Notes: generated by a model from the sequence alone, not told the origin. DNA of 64,000 bases from an uncultured Gammaproteobacteria bacterium (GCA_964463425.1 CAYXBV010000001.1:55547-119546), one strand, 5' to 3'; numbered from the stretch's first letter, positions 1-12,360 are shown. Translations and numbers: made by a program.

Positions 1-583
1 TCGTTATCCAGTTTGCATCTTCTGCATCACATGTCGTTGTTACACTCTTTGATCCATCTGCTGCGCTAATTGTATAAACGTCTCCATCGGCAATAGCTGT
101 TTGTCTTGTCGCCTTAGCGGCTGGAATGAAGCAAGAATACACCGATTCCGATGTTCCTTGTTCTTTTCCTAAGAATAATTTCTTTGAATCATCAGTACCT
201 GAATCATTGTCAATAAAATCTCTATTCCTAAATTCAGATTTTAATTCATCGTTGCTAAGCAACAAACCATCAACCGTACAATCCGCACCACAGATACCAG
301 CGCCTTCGTCTCCAGCGCTAACAAATCCATATGAAGCATCATTATCTGTAACGCTTCCTGCTGTTACCCAAGGAAACTCTTGTCTTGATGCGAAATATCT
401 ATCTATCGCTGATATTAATTGAGCCGAATCTGATTTAAATCTTGTGTCTCTCGCACGGTTTGATTGCTCTATTGGGTTAATAGCTGCGATTACGATTAAA
501 GCAATTGCGCCCAAAAGACCAATAACGATTAAAAGCTCAACCAATGTAAAACCTAGGTTTCTTTTTAATTTTCGGATAGTCAA
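1..583 (-). CDS. Type IV pilin / prepilin-type N-terminal cleavage protein (runs off the window edge)
   Basis: Not in the ORF track. TTG at 583 follows SD AAAGGAGGTG (591-600) and reads MTIRKLKRNLG|FTLVELLIVIGLLGAIALIVIAAINP, a class III signal (G|FxxxE). Lies directly downstream of pilC. Confidence 0.93.
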   Translation of the reverse strand, partial: MTIRKLKRNLGFTLVELLIVIGLLGAIALIVIAAINPIEQSNRARDTRFKSDSAQLISAIDRYFASRQEFPWVTAGSVTDNDASYGFVSAGDEGAGICGADCTVDGLLLSNDELKSEFRNRDFIDNDSGTDDSKKLFLGKEQGTSESVYSCFIPAAKATRQTAIADGDVYTISAADGSKSVTTTCDAEDANWIT

Positions 584-648
584 ATTTTTTCACCTCCTTT
601 TACATTCATCATTTTAGTATTAGTTAAACCAAACATGCTGTCAAGCTA

Positions 649-1854
649 TCAAAACTGACTTGTCAAATTATATATAGGCAAAATAATGGCGATTACTAAA
701 AAGCCCACTCCGAGTCCCAATACAACCATTACTAATGGTTCAATGGCCGCCGTTAATGTCTTTACCTTTTGATTCGATTCAACCTCAAAAACATGGCTGA
801 CTTTTGCTAATACCTCGCCCATTTTTCCAGTTTCTTCTCCAACGGCAACCATTTGGGACAAAAGAAATGGAAAGGCCTCGGGATGTTTGGCAAACGAAAA
901 AGCGACGGGAAAACCCTTTTCAATTTGTTTAGCTGAATCTTTCAGTGCTCCTGAAATGACAACATTACCAACCACTCCAGCCGAAATATTAAGCGCTTCT
1001 AAAATGGATACTCCAGCCCCAACCATTAAGCTAAGCGTACTTGTTAACTCCGTTAAAATAACTTGTCGCTGCAGTTCTCCAAAAATTGGAAGTTTAAACA
1101 TTAGCTCGTCTGTTCTTTTACGACCAGCTGGGGTTTTTCGATAAAGAGTATAGCCATAAAAACCAAATCCACCCAAAACTAACAATAGCGGCCACCAATG
1201 CATTAAAAAGGTGGAAAACCCAATTAATATTTGGGTTGGCATTGGTAGTTCTGCATCAAAATCTGCATAAAGAGAAGTTAATCTAGGGATAACAAAAATC
1301 ATCATAATAAAACCAACAATGACCATTCCACCAACAATAATGGCTGGATAAATTAATGCTCCCTTAACATTTCCTTTAAACTCTTGTTGCTTTTCCATTG
1401 AGTCAGCTAGTCTTACTAATACTTCATCCATAACACCGCCGACCTCACCAGATTTTACAAGGGCAATATAGGTCGGGGAGAAAGCTTTTGTATGCCGACT
1501 CAAAGCAGCAGAAAGAGAATCTCCACCTTCAACATCGGCAAGTATCTGAGAAGCCATTTTCTGCATCGTCCCTTTTACTTGAGATCTCAAAATCACAAGA
1601 GCCTCTGTAATCGGCAAACCAGCGTTTACCATTGTGGCAAGTTGTCGTGTGAATGTCGCTACATCGGCTGGAGTAATTCTTTCTTTAAGGGTTTTAAATA
1701 TATTTAGCGGAATTTCTCTTTTAATCTTTATAGAAATGACAATAAACCCTTTTCCTCGAACAAGCTTGGCGGCATGTTTGTCACTAGAGGCCTCAACTTC
1801 ACCCGTAACTAACTTCCCTGCCTTATCCTTTGCCTTATAGATATATCTTTTCAT
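649..1854 (-). CDS. pilC: Type IV pilus inner-membrane platform protein PilC (GspF family)
   Basis: FTRQLATMVNAGLPI and MVAVGEETG motifs, two T2SSF repeats, operon context. Confidence 0.95.
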   Translation of the reverse strand: MKRYIYKAKDKAGKLVTGEVEASSDKHAAKLVRGKGFIVISIKIKREIPLNIFKTLKERITPADVATFTRQLATMVNAGLPITEALVILRSQVKGTMQKMASQILADVEGGDSLSAALSRHTKAFSPTYIALVKSGEVGGVMDEVLVRLADSMEKQQEFKGNVKGALIYPAIIVGGMVIVGFIMMIFVIPRLTSLYADFDAELPMPTQILIGFSTFLMHWWPLLLVLGGFGFYGYTLYRKTPAGRKRTDELMFKLPIFGELQRQVILTELTSTLSLMVGAGVSILEALNISAGVVGNVVISGALKDSAKQIEKGFPVAFSFAKHPEAFPFLLSQMVAVGEETGKMGEVLAKVSHVFEVESNQKVKTLTAAIEPLVMVVLGLGVGFLVIAIILPIYNLTSQF

Positions 1855-1856
1855 TT

Positions 1857-2939
1857 TTATCGTTTCAGGTTTTGCATTGGAGCATTGCTTCTAACCATAC
1901 GACTTAATTCTTCCGGCCTAATTGAGAAGCTTTGGGCAGTCTCCAAGGTAATATGTCCTGAACGAACTAGGGAAGCCAAGGACATCTCTAGCGTGTTCAT
2001 GCCCGCTTCTTGTGATGTCTGCAGTATTGATTCAATTTGGTGAGATTTACCTTCGCGAATAGAAGTTTTTATCGCCGATGTACCAAGCATTACCTCATAT
2101 GCAACAGTTCTTCCACCAGCAATAGCAGGAACGAGACGCATTGAAAATACAGCCTCTAAAACATTAGAAAGTTGTAAGCGAACTTGGCCCTGTTGTTCTT
2201 CTGGGAAAACATCAACTATTCTATCAATTGTCTGAGCGGCTGAATTAGTATGCAGGGTAGCAAAAACTAAATGACCGGTTTCGGCAACTGTTAGAGCTGA
2301 TGCTATTGTTTCGTGATCTCGCATTTCACCGACCAAAACAACGTCAGGATCTTCTCTCAATACAGACCTTAAGGCAACTTGCCATGAATGAGTATCTGAA
2401 CCCATTTCTCTCTGAGAGATAATTGATTTCTGAGGTCTAAAAATAAACTCAACTGGATCTTCAATCGTAACGATATGAGTAGCCCTTGTTTTATTTATTT
2501 CATTTAACATCGCTGCCAGCGTTGTCGATTTTCCGTGTCCTGTCGGACCAGTCACTAAAATAAGGCCCTGCCTTAAATGAGTAAAACTATGAAGAATTTT
2601 TGGCAAATTTAATGTGTCTATATCAGGAATCTCAAGAGGGATTCTTCGAAAAGCCAAAGCGTACGTTCCCTTTTGAGTATAAGCGTTCACCCTAAAACGT
2701 GCTTTCTCGCTAAATGATAATGAAAAATCCAATTCCTTGTTAACCGTTAGTCTTTCTAAGCGCTCACTTGTTAAGATCTCCTTTAAATAACCCCCAATTA
2801 CTTCTTGCGTTAAAATTGCTTCGTTAGGTATTGGAGACAGCTGCCCATCTATGCGAATAGTAGGAGGTATGTTCGCCACAATATGAAGATCAGACGCTTT
2901 ACGATCAACCGTTAGTTGTAGTAATCCTTTTATATTCAT
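1857..2939 (-). CDS. pilT: Type IV pilus retraction ATPase PilT
   Basis: GPTGHGKST Walker A, TIEDPVE, LREDPDVVLVGEMRD, ETGHLVFATLHT, SIRE motif. Confidence 0.95.
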   Translation of the reverse strand: MNIKGLLQLTVDRKASDLHIVANIPPTIRIDGQLSPIPNEAILTQEVIGGYLKEILTSERLERLTVNKELDFSLSFSEKARFRVNAYTQKGTYALAFRRIPLEIPDIDTLNLPKILHSFTHLRQGLILVTGPTGHGKSTTLAAMLNEINKTRATHIVTIEDPVEFIFRPQKSIISQREMGSDTHSWQVALRSVLREDPDVVLVGEMRDHETIASALTVAETGHLVFATLHTNSAAQTIDRIVDVFPEEQQGQVRLQLSNVLEAVFSMRLVPAIAGGRTVAYEVMLGTSAIKTSIREGKSHQIESILQTSQEAGMNTLEMSLASLVRSGHITLETAQSFSIRPEELSRMVRSNAPMQNLKR

Positions 2940-2942
2940 CTT

Positions 2943-4685
2943 TTAATCTTGAGCCACTCTAAGTATTTCTTCAAGGGTGGTTACTCCTTCTAATACTTTC
3001 AAGTAACCATCTTGTTTTAAGGTGATCATTCCTTCTTCTCTTGCTTGTTTTTCCACCACAGAAGCTGGAGATCTTTCTAATATCAACCTGCTAATTTTCT
3101 CCGTAATAGATAGTACTTCAAAAATTCCCACTCTTCCGTAATAACCAGAGTTGTTACAGTCAGCGCATCCTTTACCTTTATAAAGCTTCATTGGTTTACC
3201 TTCAGGCCAAAGATTTCCAACAACTGCTTTTATTTCACTAACTACCTTAGGATCCGGATCATACGCAACTCTACATTTTTCATGGATCTTTCTTGTCACT
3301 CTCTGGGCAACTACAGCGGTCATTGAAGATGCCAAAAGATACGGCTCTGCTCCCATATCCATTAATCGGGGAAGGGTCCCTGCGGCATCGTTAGTGTGAA
3401 TTGTTGAAAAAACTAAGTGTCCCGTTAGCGATGCTTGAACAGCTAAATCAGCCGTTTCCTTATCTCGTATCTCTCCGACTAAAATTACGTTAGGATCCTG
3501 TCTCAAAAAAGATCTAAGCCCGGAAGCAAAAGTAAGTCCTGCCGCTGGATTTACTTGAACTTGGTTTACACCAGCAATCTTATACTCAATTGGGTCTTCA
3601 AGAGTAATAATATTGACTTTTGGTGTATTTATCCTCTGAATGATTGAATATAGTGTTGTCGTCTTACCTGAACCAGTCGGTCCACAAATCAAAACAATTC
3701 CATGAGGCCTCAATATCGCATCTTCGAGATTTTTTAAGCCTCGACCGCGAAGACCTAGGTCAGGCAAGTCGGGAATACCTCCCGTTTTCTTTAAAAGTCT
3801 CATAACTATCTTTTCTCCCCATGCAGAAGGCAAGGAAGAAACACGCAAGTCAATTTCTTCTTCTCCGCCCTTAAAAGTAAACCTTCCGTCTTGTGGTACC
3901 CGCTTTTCGTCAATTTTCATACCACACAAAATTTTAATTCTAGAAATAAGAGCGTCATGCAAAGCCCTAGGAATAGTTAGTTTTTCTTGTAATATCCCGT
4001 CAATTCGATAGCGCACTCTGGTTGATTTCTCTTGGGGCTCAATATGAACATCAGAAGCCCGCGCCCTCATAGCAAAATCAAGGATGTGGGATACAATTTC
4101 TGAGACCCTTTCTTCTCTTATAAAGCCTGTCTTCTGTGCCTCTAGGGTTTTCACTTTAGATTTCTCAGGAGAAACCTCTTTTAGTGCTTCTGTTACCTCT
4201 TGTGCCAGTGAAGAGGTGTATCGAGTTGATATGCTCTGGTCAATTTTTGAAGCTTCAGCTGCGTGAGGCTTCACTGCTAAGCCTGTTTTCTGTTCAATAA
4301 ACTCAATAGCCGTTAAATCAAGAGGGTCAGCCATAGCTAATATCATTTGCTTGGACATTTGATCTACCGATATTGGAAATACTTTAAATTTATCGGCCAC
4401 TTCTTGGGGCAAAACAGCCAAGGCTTCTGGAGAAGCGGGGATAGTAGAAAGATTGATATAGGGGATATTGTATAAAACAGCTTTCCCTTTTACTAAAGCT
4501 TCTTCTGTAACCAGGTTTTGTCCCAACAAGATCGCTTCTTGTGTTTTACCCGTTTGGATCTCTGCTGTTTTTACCTGCTGGGCTCGAACTGGATCGAGAG
4601 ATTTTTGACTTACTAAAATATCAGCCAAAGTCTGGTTTGATTCACCATTTGAACTTGTCTTAGTTATTGTGGGTTGGGCAGCCAT
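2943..4685 (-). CDS. pilB: Type IV pilus assembly ATPase PilB (GspE family)
   Basis: ASDVHIEP, GPTGSGKTT, LRQDPNVILVGEIRD, N-terminal T2SSE_N domain. Confidence 0.95.
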   Translation of the reverse strand: MAAQPTITKTSSNGESNQTLADILVSQKSLDPVRAQQVKTAEIQTGKTQEAILLGQNLVTEEALVKGKAVLYNIPYINLSTIPASPEALAVLPQEVADKFKVFPISVDQMSKQMILAMADPLDLTAIEFIEQKTGLAVKPHAAEASKIDQSISTRYTSSLAQEVTEALKEVSPEKSKVKTLEAQKTGFIREERVSEIVSHILDFAMRARASDVHIEPQEKSTRVRYRIDGILQEKLTIPRALHDALISRIKILCGMKIDEKRVPQDGRFTFKGGEEEIDLRVSSLPSAWGEKIVMRLLKKTGGIPDLPDLGLRGRGLKNLEDAILRPHGIVLICGPTGSGKTTTLYSIIQRINTPKVNIITLEDPIEYKIAGVNQVQVNPAAGLTFASGLRSFLRQDPNVILVGEIRDKETADLAVQASLTGHLVFSTIHTNDAAGTLPRLMDMGAEPYLLASSMTAVVAQRVTRKIHEKCRVAYDPDPKVVSEIKAVVGNLWPEGKPMKLYKGKGCADCNNSGYYGRVGIFEVLSITEKISRLILERSPASVVEKQAREEGMITLKQDGYLKVLEGVTTLEEILRVAQD

Positions 4686-4812
4686 AATATATATCAGTGT
4701 TTAAAACACCGTGAATTAATTATGAACGAATACTCTTTTCCTAGCAAGTCCCTCGCGTGATAAAACCAAGCCGCTTGACAGCTGGTTGTCTGGCGATTAA
4801 TACTGTGCACAC

Positions 4813-5427
4813 ATGCATGCTTTCTTATTAGTAGGTGGCAATCAACAAAATATCCAAAGTGAAGCTGAAAAGCTAACAAAAAAGTTAAAACTCAAGCTAT
4901 TGGAATATCCTTTAGCAAAAATTAAAGACGTAAGGGAGCTAGGCTCATTTACAAATCTTTCGCTTGATCGACCCACTGGAATACTGATTAACAATATTGA
5001 TTCCGCATCAATTGAAGCATTAAATGCTTTTCTAAAAAACTTAGAGGAACCTCAAGACAACGTCTACTATATATTAACCGCTCATTCTAAAAACAATCTT
5101 CCCTCTACGATTATTTCGAGGTGTCAAATAATTAAAATCGCAGGAAAGCGCGAACTATCCAGTAAAGACAAAAAAGAAATCGGGGCTTTTGAAAAAAAGA
5201 ATAAGGCAGAGCAACTCCAAAAAACTAGCCGAATATGGAACCGACAAGAAGCTTTAATTTTCATAGAGAACTATATTCTTCATGTTCATTCTTTGCTTTT
5301 GAATACAAAAAACAAACATCGTCTTCTTGCTAAAAATATACGATGTGCCAACCAAACCCTTAATAATTTAAGAGCGAACGGAAACGTTCAATTACAGCTT
5401 ACAAACTTCGTTCTTGGCCTTGTTTAG
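4813..5427 (+). CDS. holB: DNA polymerase III delta-prime-like subunit (reduced)
   Basis: NAFLKNLEEP and LPSTIISRC clamp-loader signatures; no Walker A or Zn module. Confidence 0.75.
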   Translation: MHAFLLVGGNQQNIQSEAEKLTKKLKLKLLEYPLAKIKDVRELGSFTNLSLDRPTGILINNIDSASIEALNAFLKNLEEPQDNVYYILTAHSKNNLPSTIISRCQIIKIAGKRELSSKDKKEIGAFEKKNKAEQLQKTSRIWNRQEALIFIENYILHVHSLLLNTKNKHRLLAKNIRCANQTLNNLRANGNVQLQLTNFVLGLV

Positions 5428-5459
5428 GTATCTTATCTTAGGGTATAATTAGGACATAA

Positions 5460-7469
<2,010 letters not shown>

Positions 7470-7507
7470 AAATCGACAAACGAACCGTAATATAATAAAG
7501 TAATAAA

Positions 7508-7987
7508 ATGATGGAAGTAAAGGTATTCATTGAAGTTTCAGCCGGAGGAAAAGTTAAATATGAACTCGATGAAAAAACCAAAGAATTAAAAGTCGACAGG
7601 TTTTTGCACACCGCTGTAATTTTCCCCTTCAATTATGGATCTATCGAGGGATCGATGGGTCAAGATGGCGATCCACTAGACGCTCTTGTATTATCCGATG
7701 AAGCAGTTGAGCCTGGCGTGGTCATGCTCTGTCGTCCAATAGGTCTCTTAGAAATGAAAGACGAAGCAGGAATAGACACAAAAATAATAACGGTACCAAT
7801 TGAAAAGATAGACCCTGTTTTTGGAAAGTTTGACAACATAAATGACGTTCCTGAGCCCACCCTAAAGGAAATAAAACATTTCTTTAAAAACTACAAAAGC
7901 CTTGAACCAGGGAAATGGGTAGAAGTTCATCGCTATCGCAATAGATCTGAAGCAGAAAAGGCAATCAAAAAGGCCTTAGTAAAATAA
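7508..7987 (+). CDS. ppa: Inorganic pyrophosphatase (family I)
   Basis: KYE, DRFL, PFNYG, DGDPLD, FFKNYK motifs. Confidence 0.95.
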   Translation: MMEVKVFIEVSAGGKVKYELDEKTKELKVDRFLHTAVIFPFNYGSIEGSMGQDGDPLDALVLSDEAVEPGVVMLCRPIGLLEMKDEAGIDTKIITVPIEKIDPVFGKFDNINDVPEPTLKEIKHFFKNYKSLEPGKWVEVHRYRNRSEAEKAIKKALVK

Positions 7988-7988
7988 C

Positions 7989-8762
7989 TTACTTCTCACA
8001 AAAAAAGCTTCCTATCGGGGTTAACTCAGATAATTTTATGTCCTGATTATAAAAAGCTGATGCTGAGCCTCCATCTAAGTTGAGTGCACTAACAAATTGT
8101 GTATTCATTTCTTCTTGTGCCTTTACTATTAAACTTGGTAAATTTCGAAGCGACGGACCTAAAAACACAGAATCCTTTGTATAAAAAGCTATAAAAAATA
8201 GTTCATTCTTGTCACTAAGTGCAACTATAACGCGACGAGCCATTTCGTCATTGGTGTCCTTAAGGTCTTGAATTCTTCCGTCCTTGATTAATAAAGGACC
8301 CGCTTGAATACCAACTCTCGCTACGTCGTCACCATACTCTTCAGTAATAATTGCCTTTTGATTCTTTGTTAAAATAAAGTAGCCATTAAACAGCGTACTA
8401 TTGATTTTATTGCTAATTACTTCCTCTTCACTAATAAAAAGTCCTATGGGGGTATCGTCTTTTGAATAAAAACCAGCACTCGATAGGGTTTTACAATGAT
8501 AATTATCAATTCCTTCCTCAAGTGTGTATTTTTCTTGAAAATTTGAATAGAGATAAAGGTTCTCCAAATTATCAATTTCCGTCCATACAAACGCGTATTC
8601 TTTATCTTCGGTGGCCACACTATTCACACCACTTGATTCAGAAATCTGACTCTCTTTTCTTTTATCTTCTATTTCTTGAAAGTCTCGATTGTATTTGTAT
8701 ACGTAAAAACCAACCAACAAAATAGTTACTATAAATAAGAATGTCTTTATTATTTTTGCCAT
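7989..8762 (-). CDS. Membrane-anchored phosphodiester glycosidase family protein (NAGPA/DUF2233-like)
   Basis: N-terminal TM helix; QAGPLLIKDG, ARR and ALNLDGGSAS motifs. Confidence 0.8.
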   Translation of the reverse strand: MAKIIKTFLFIVTILLVGFYVYKYNRDFQEIEDKRKESQISESSGVNSVATEDKEYAFVWTEIDNLENLYLYSNFQEKYTLEEGIDNYHCKTLSSAGFYSKDDTPIGLFISEEEVISNKINSTLFNGYFILTKNQKAIITEEYGDDVARVGIQAGPLLIKDGRIQDLKDTNDEMARRVIVALSDKNELFFIAFYTKDSVFLGPSLRNLPSLIVKAQEEMNTQFVSALNLDGGSASAFYNQDIKLSELTPIGSFFCEK

Positions 8763-8850
8763 GGAACTAATAAGTCTCGTATTATAACAAATTGTGCATA
8801 CCCTAAGCGTAATTATTAGTCACTGTCTATGGCCGTGATAAAATATTTAC

Positions 8851-9426
8851 ATGAATAAGTCAAACGGTGAAAAAGAGTCTTACGACAACACCGACAAAAC
8901 TACTAGACGAGAGCAAAAAGCCAAAAGGAAAAAATATCCCCGCGACAGAAACTATGTTAAAAGGGAAATCAAAAAAACAGAGCAGCTAGCGGGCGAGAAA
9001 AAAAGACAGAACAAAGCCAAAAAAGAAATAGCTAAGCGTCTTAAACATTTTCCTTCGCTCGACACTTCAGAAGGGGAAAAACAAATAAAGGTATATGTCC
9101 GTTGGGTAAAAGATTCTCTTGAGCAGGGTTATCCACTTTTAGATGATGGGGATATTAAAATTAAAACCGCCGTAGCGAGCGTAAAAGCGGGCGGTCAAAG
9201 TCGTCAAAAATCCAGAAACTCTGTTAGAGCTACCCACACGCCAACACTAATCGGAGTAAGAAACGAAGAAGAAAGAAGTTTAGAACAAAACACTCTGAGC
9301 GCTAAAGAAAACCTTTACAAATTACTTACCAAGCACCTCCATTTATGGAAAACACTTAATATTGCCGCCCCCAATCAAGAGGTAGAAAAAGAAGTGGAAC
9401 AAATACTTCTATTACTACAAGATTGA
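8851..9426 (+). CDS. RF-1 (GGQ) domain peptidyl-tRNA hydrolase-like protein, ArfB-related
   Basis: AGGQSRQKSRNSVRATHTPT..ERSLEQN matches the RF1/ArfB catalytic domain; very basic N-terminus. Confidence 0.72.
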   Translation: MNKSNGEKESYDNTDKTTRREQKAKRKKYPRDRNYVKREIKKTEQLAGEKKRQNKAKKEIAKRLKHFPSLDTSEGEKQIKVYVRWVKDSLEQGYPLLDDGDIKIKTAVASVKAGGQSRQKSRNSVRATHTPTLIGVRNEEERSLEQNTLSAKENLYKLLTKHLHLWKTLNIAAPNQEVEKEVEQILLLLQD

Positions 9427-9497
9427 ATCTTAAGCTAATTTGTCCTATAATCCTTTACGTTCACGGTTTTTACCCGATCGACAATAAAACAATCACC

Positions 9498-9848
9498 ATG
9501 AGTAATATAGAACGAAATCTTTGCAAGGAAAACGGATGTCCAGCATCGTGTTGTCATGATATGTCTTTCTTTATGATTGACAATCCATCAAACTATTTTC
9601 AAAATCCACAAAAAATGCCTGACAAAACAAACGGACAACCATTAAAAAATTGTGTCTACTTTTCGGTAAGTGGGGGACAATACAAAGTAATAATTATTGG
9701 CATCTGTCCAAATCTTAGCAATAACGAGTGCACCATTTATCCAAACCATCCACCGGGATGTAAAAAACTTGAAATTGATTCCCGTAATTGTCACCAAGCC
9801 AGAACAAGAGATCAAGAGAGACTTGAAAGATTCTCTAGTCCTCAATAG
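9498..9848 (+). CDS. YkgJ-family Cys-cluster (Zn/Fe-S) protein
   Basis: C..C...CC N-terminal cluster and CPNL..NECTIY.NHP..C; ATG 9498 likely. Confidence 0.7.
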   Translation: MSNIERNLCKENGCPASCCHDMSFFMIDNPSNYFQNPQKMPDKTNGQPLKNCVYFSVSGGQYKVIIIGICPNLSNNECTIYPNHPPGCKKLEIDSRNCHQARTRDQERLERFSSPQ

Positions 9849-9906
9849 CTTTTTATAATTAGCATGCTGGTATAAAATAATTATAACCAAAAAGTTAAAA
9901 CCCTAA

Positions 9907-10149
9907 ATGAAAATCAACGTCGTCGCTAAACCCTCTAGCAAAAAAGCATATATCAAAAAGCTGGAAGGAAATAAATATATTGTCTCAGTCAAAGAACCGC
10001 CAATTCATGGATTAGCTAATCTATCTATTGCGTCAGCACTGTCAGATTTTTTTGACGTCCCAGCTAGGCAGGTAAGAATTGTTACGGGATACAAAAGTAA
10101 AAACAAAGTCTTTGAGATCGAAGGAGCATCTCTATCACCGAAAGAATAA
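9907..10149 (+). CDS. DUF167 / YggU family protein
   Basis: V.AKP, V.EPP..G.AN and IVTGYKSKNK pattern. Confidence 0.88.
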   Translation: MKINVVAKPSSKKAYIKKLEGNKYIVSVKEPPIHGLANLSIASALSDFFDVPARQVRIVTGYKSKNKVFEIEGASLSPKE

Positions 10150-10199
10150 TTTAACTATTTGATTCTTTTCTTTTCCAAAATGTATAATATACTCTCAGT

Positions 10200-10397
10200 A
10201 TGGCAACAAAGAAAAGACTATTCAGAAGTAGAGAAAACAAAGTATTGGCTGGTATATTCGGAGGACTAGGAGATTACTTTGACATCGACCCAACCGTTTT
10301 AAGACTCGGTTGGCTTTTAGTTTTTATATTTACGGGAATTTTTCCCGGTCTTCTTGCTTATATCGTTGCCATCATTGTTGTCCCTCACAAAGCCTAA
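10200..10397 (+). CDS. PspC domain protein
   Basis: KRLFRSRENKVLAGIFGGLGDYFDIDPTVLRL. Confidence 0.92.
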   Translation: MATKKRLFRSRENKVLAGIFGGLGDYFDIDPTVLRLGWLLVFIFTGIFPGLLAYIVAIIVVPHKA

Positions 10398-10401
10398 GTA
10401 T

Positions 10402-11535
10402 TTAGTTCCCAGATATATATTTGTGAACTCCATCCCAACTATTAACACCCTCTCTTGGTACAAGAATGTATTGACCTCCCGAGCTAGTTGAAGAATAAAA
10501 AACATTATCTTCAGTAAGATAAATATGGGCGACGGCATATTCCCCTGGACTACCAAAAACGGTCAACATATCCCTTAATGCGTCTTTGTCTAAGTCCGTA
10601 TGAACACTGCCAACTAGTTTATTAAAAAGAGTGCTTGTCTGAGAAATTGCATCGAGGGTGATTAATTTATCTTTTATCGCAATTAATATCTCGTGCTGTC
10701 TTTCGCTTCTAGCAAAATCACCACCGTACTGATCTGAATGCCTTGATCGTACAAACTTAAGAGCAGTTTCTCCGTCCATTTGTTGCGTTCCTTTTTCGAA
10801 ATGTAAGTGCTCATATCGACACTCAAATTGTTTTTCTAACTGAAAACCTGAATATTTCTGATGAAATTCAGTGATGTCTTCATTCGATATCCCACAAGTT
10901 TCATTCTCGAGCCCCTTTACTGGATAAAAATAATCATCGAACGGGTGTTTAACATCAACTTCAATCCCTTTCAATAAGTCTATTGCGTCAACAAGCCCGG
11001 CAAAATCAACAGATAAGTAATAATCTACTTCTATCCCAGTTACAATAGAAGCAGCATATTTTGCCAATTCGCCATCACCGTCTTCGCCTCGATAAACAGG
11101 TTTTTTGTTTGGATACTTATTATCGTCCTCACCAATAGCATAAGCAGCGTTAATTTTATAATTTTGTTTGTTGTCATAATCAACAGGCAGGGCAATCCAA
11201 AGATCGCGTGGGATTGAGACAAGAGCTACTTTTTTTTCTTTTGTGTCTACGTTTGCCAGTGTTATCGAGTCTGTTAATCCACCACCACTATGTCCAGCTC
11301 CACCATACCCCAATAACAAAACGTTAAATGTGTCGGGCGTGTCAACAATTGGTGTTGGAGGAAGCGTTGCTTTTTTGTTTCCTGATTCCTTAGGATCATA
11401 TGAAGAGGTCGATAACCTAAAGAATAAAAAACTCAATCCGATTCCAATAAAAAAGATTACAAATAATGAAGCAGCCAGTTTAATAACTCCCTTATCCATC
11501 TGCGATATTCTTGTCTTCACTTTTTTCAAGAACAT
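10402..11535 (-). CDS. LCP (LytR-CpsA-Psr) family protein
   Basis: TM anchor; NVLLLG, TDSI, SIPRDLW, KINAAY, ALKFVRSRH, DFARSERQ. Confidence 0.92.
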   Translation of the reverse strand: MFLKKVKTRISQMDKGVIKLAASLFVIFFIGIGLSFLFFRLSTSSYDPKESGNKKATLPPTPIVDTPDTFNVLLLGYGGAGHSGGGLTDSITLANVDTKEKKVALVSIPRDLWIALPVDYDNKQNYKINAAYAIGEDDNKYPNKKPVYRGEDGDGELAKYAASIVTGIEVDYYLSVDFAGLVDAIDLLKGIEVDVKHPFDDYFYPVKGLENETCGISNEDITEFHQKYSGFQLEKQFECRYEHLHFEKGTQQMDGETALKFVRSRHSDQYGGDFARSERQHEILIAIKDKLITLDAISQTSTLFNKLVGSVHTDLDKDALRDMLTVFGSPGEYAVAHIYLTEDNVFYSSTSSGGQYILVPREGVNSWDGVHKYISGN

Positions 11536-11593
11536 ACATTTATATTAACACTTTCTCTGCTTTCAATAGGGAATAGTGTTGTATACTTTCATT

Positions 11594-12328
11594 ATGGCTT
11601 GGACAAACAGGTGGATATACGACCCAAAAAGAAATTTCCCTTTTAAATTAAGTCGCAGTAAAATTGATTTATTTCTGAAATGTCCAAGATGCTTCTATCA
11701 AACAGTGCGCTTGGGAATTAAAAGGCCAAGTATGCCTGGTTTTTCTCTAAACCTTGCTGTCGACGAATTATTAAAAAAAGAATTTGACTTGCTTCGCAAA
11801 AAGGGCCAATCCCATGAGTTAATGAAAAAATATAAAATCGATGCCGTCCCATTCGATCATCCAGAAATTGACACATGGCGCAATAATTTTGAGGGAAAAC
11901 AATATCTTCACGAAGGAACTAATTTATTAATTTTCGGTGCCATCGATGACTTGTGGATTAACAAAAAGGAAGAGCTAATTGTTGTCGACTACAAAGCGAC
12001 CAGTACAACACAAGAAATTTCTTTAGATGACAAATGGAAAAAAAGTTACAAAAAGCAATTAGAGATATATCAATGGATATATGAGAAAAGTGGATTTAAA
12101 GTTGCAAAAACAGGCTATATTGTTTATGCCAACGCTAGCAAGAATAGAGAGAAATTCGACGGTAAACTAGAATTCGAAATGACCATTCATCCACACAAAG
12201 GTGATACAACTTGGATTGAGCCCATATTATTCGAAATAAAGAAAACATTAGACTCCGATAAAATTCCAACCGCTGGCCCTGAATGCGAATACTGTCCGTA
12301 CTGCGTAAAAACTTCCAAAATAAAATAA
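11594..12328 (+). CDS. PD-(D/E)XK nuclease, AddB/Cas4-like, with Cys ligands
   Basis: SRSKIDLFLKCPRCFY, GAIDD, VVDYKAT, QLEIY, C-terminal CEYCPYC. Confidence 0.85.
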   Translation: MAWTNRWIYDPKRNFPFKLSRSKIDLFLKCPRCFYQTVRLGIKRPSMPGFSLNLAVDELLKKEFDLLRKKGQSHELMKKYKIDAVPFDHPEIDTWRNNFEGKQYLHEGTNLLIFGAIDDLWINKKEELIVVDYKATSTTQEISLDDKWKKSYKKQLEIYQWIYEKSGFKVAKTGYIVYANASKNREKFDGKLEFEMTIHPHKGDTTWIEPILFEIKKTLDSDKIPTAGPECEYCPYCVKTSKIK

Positions 12329-12360
12329 GCCTCTTTGACAAATATCGTAAATAGTATTTA

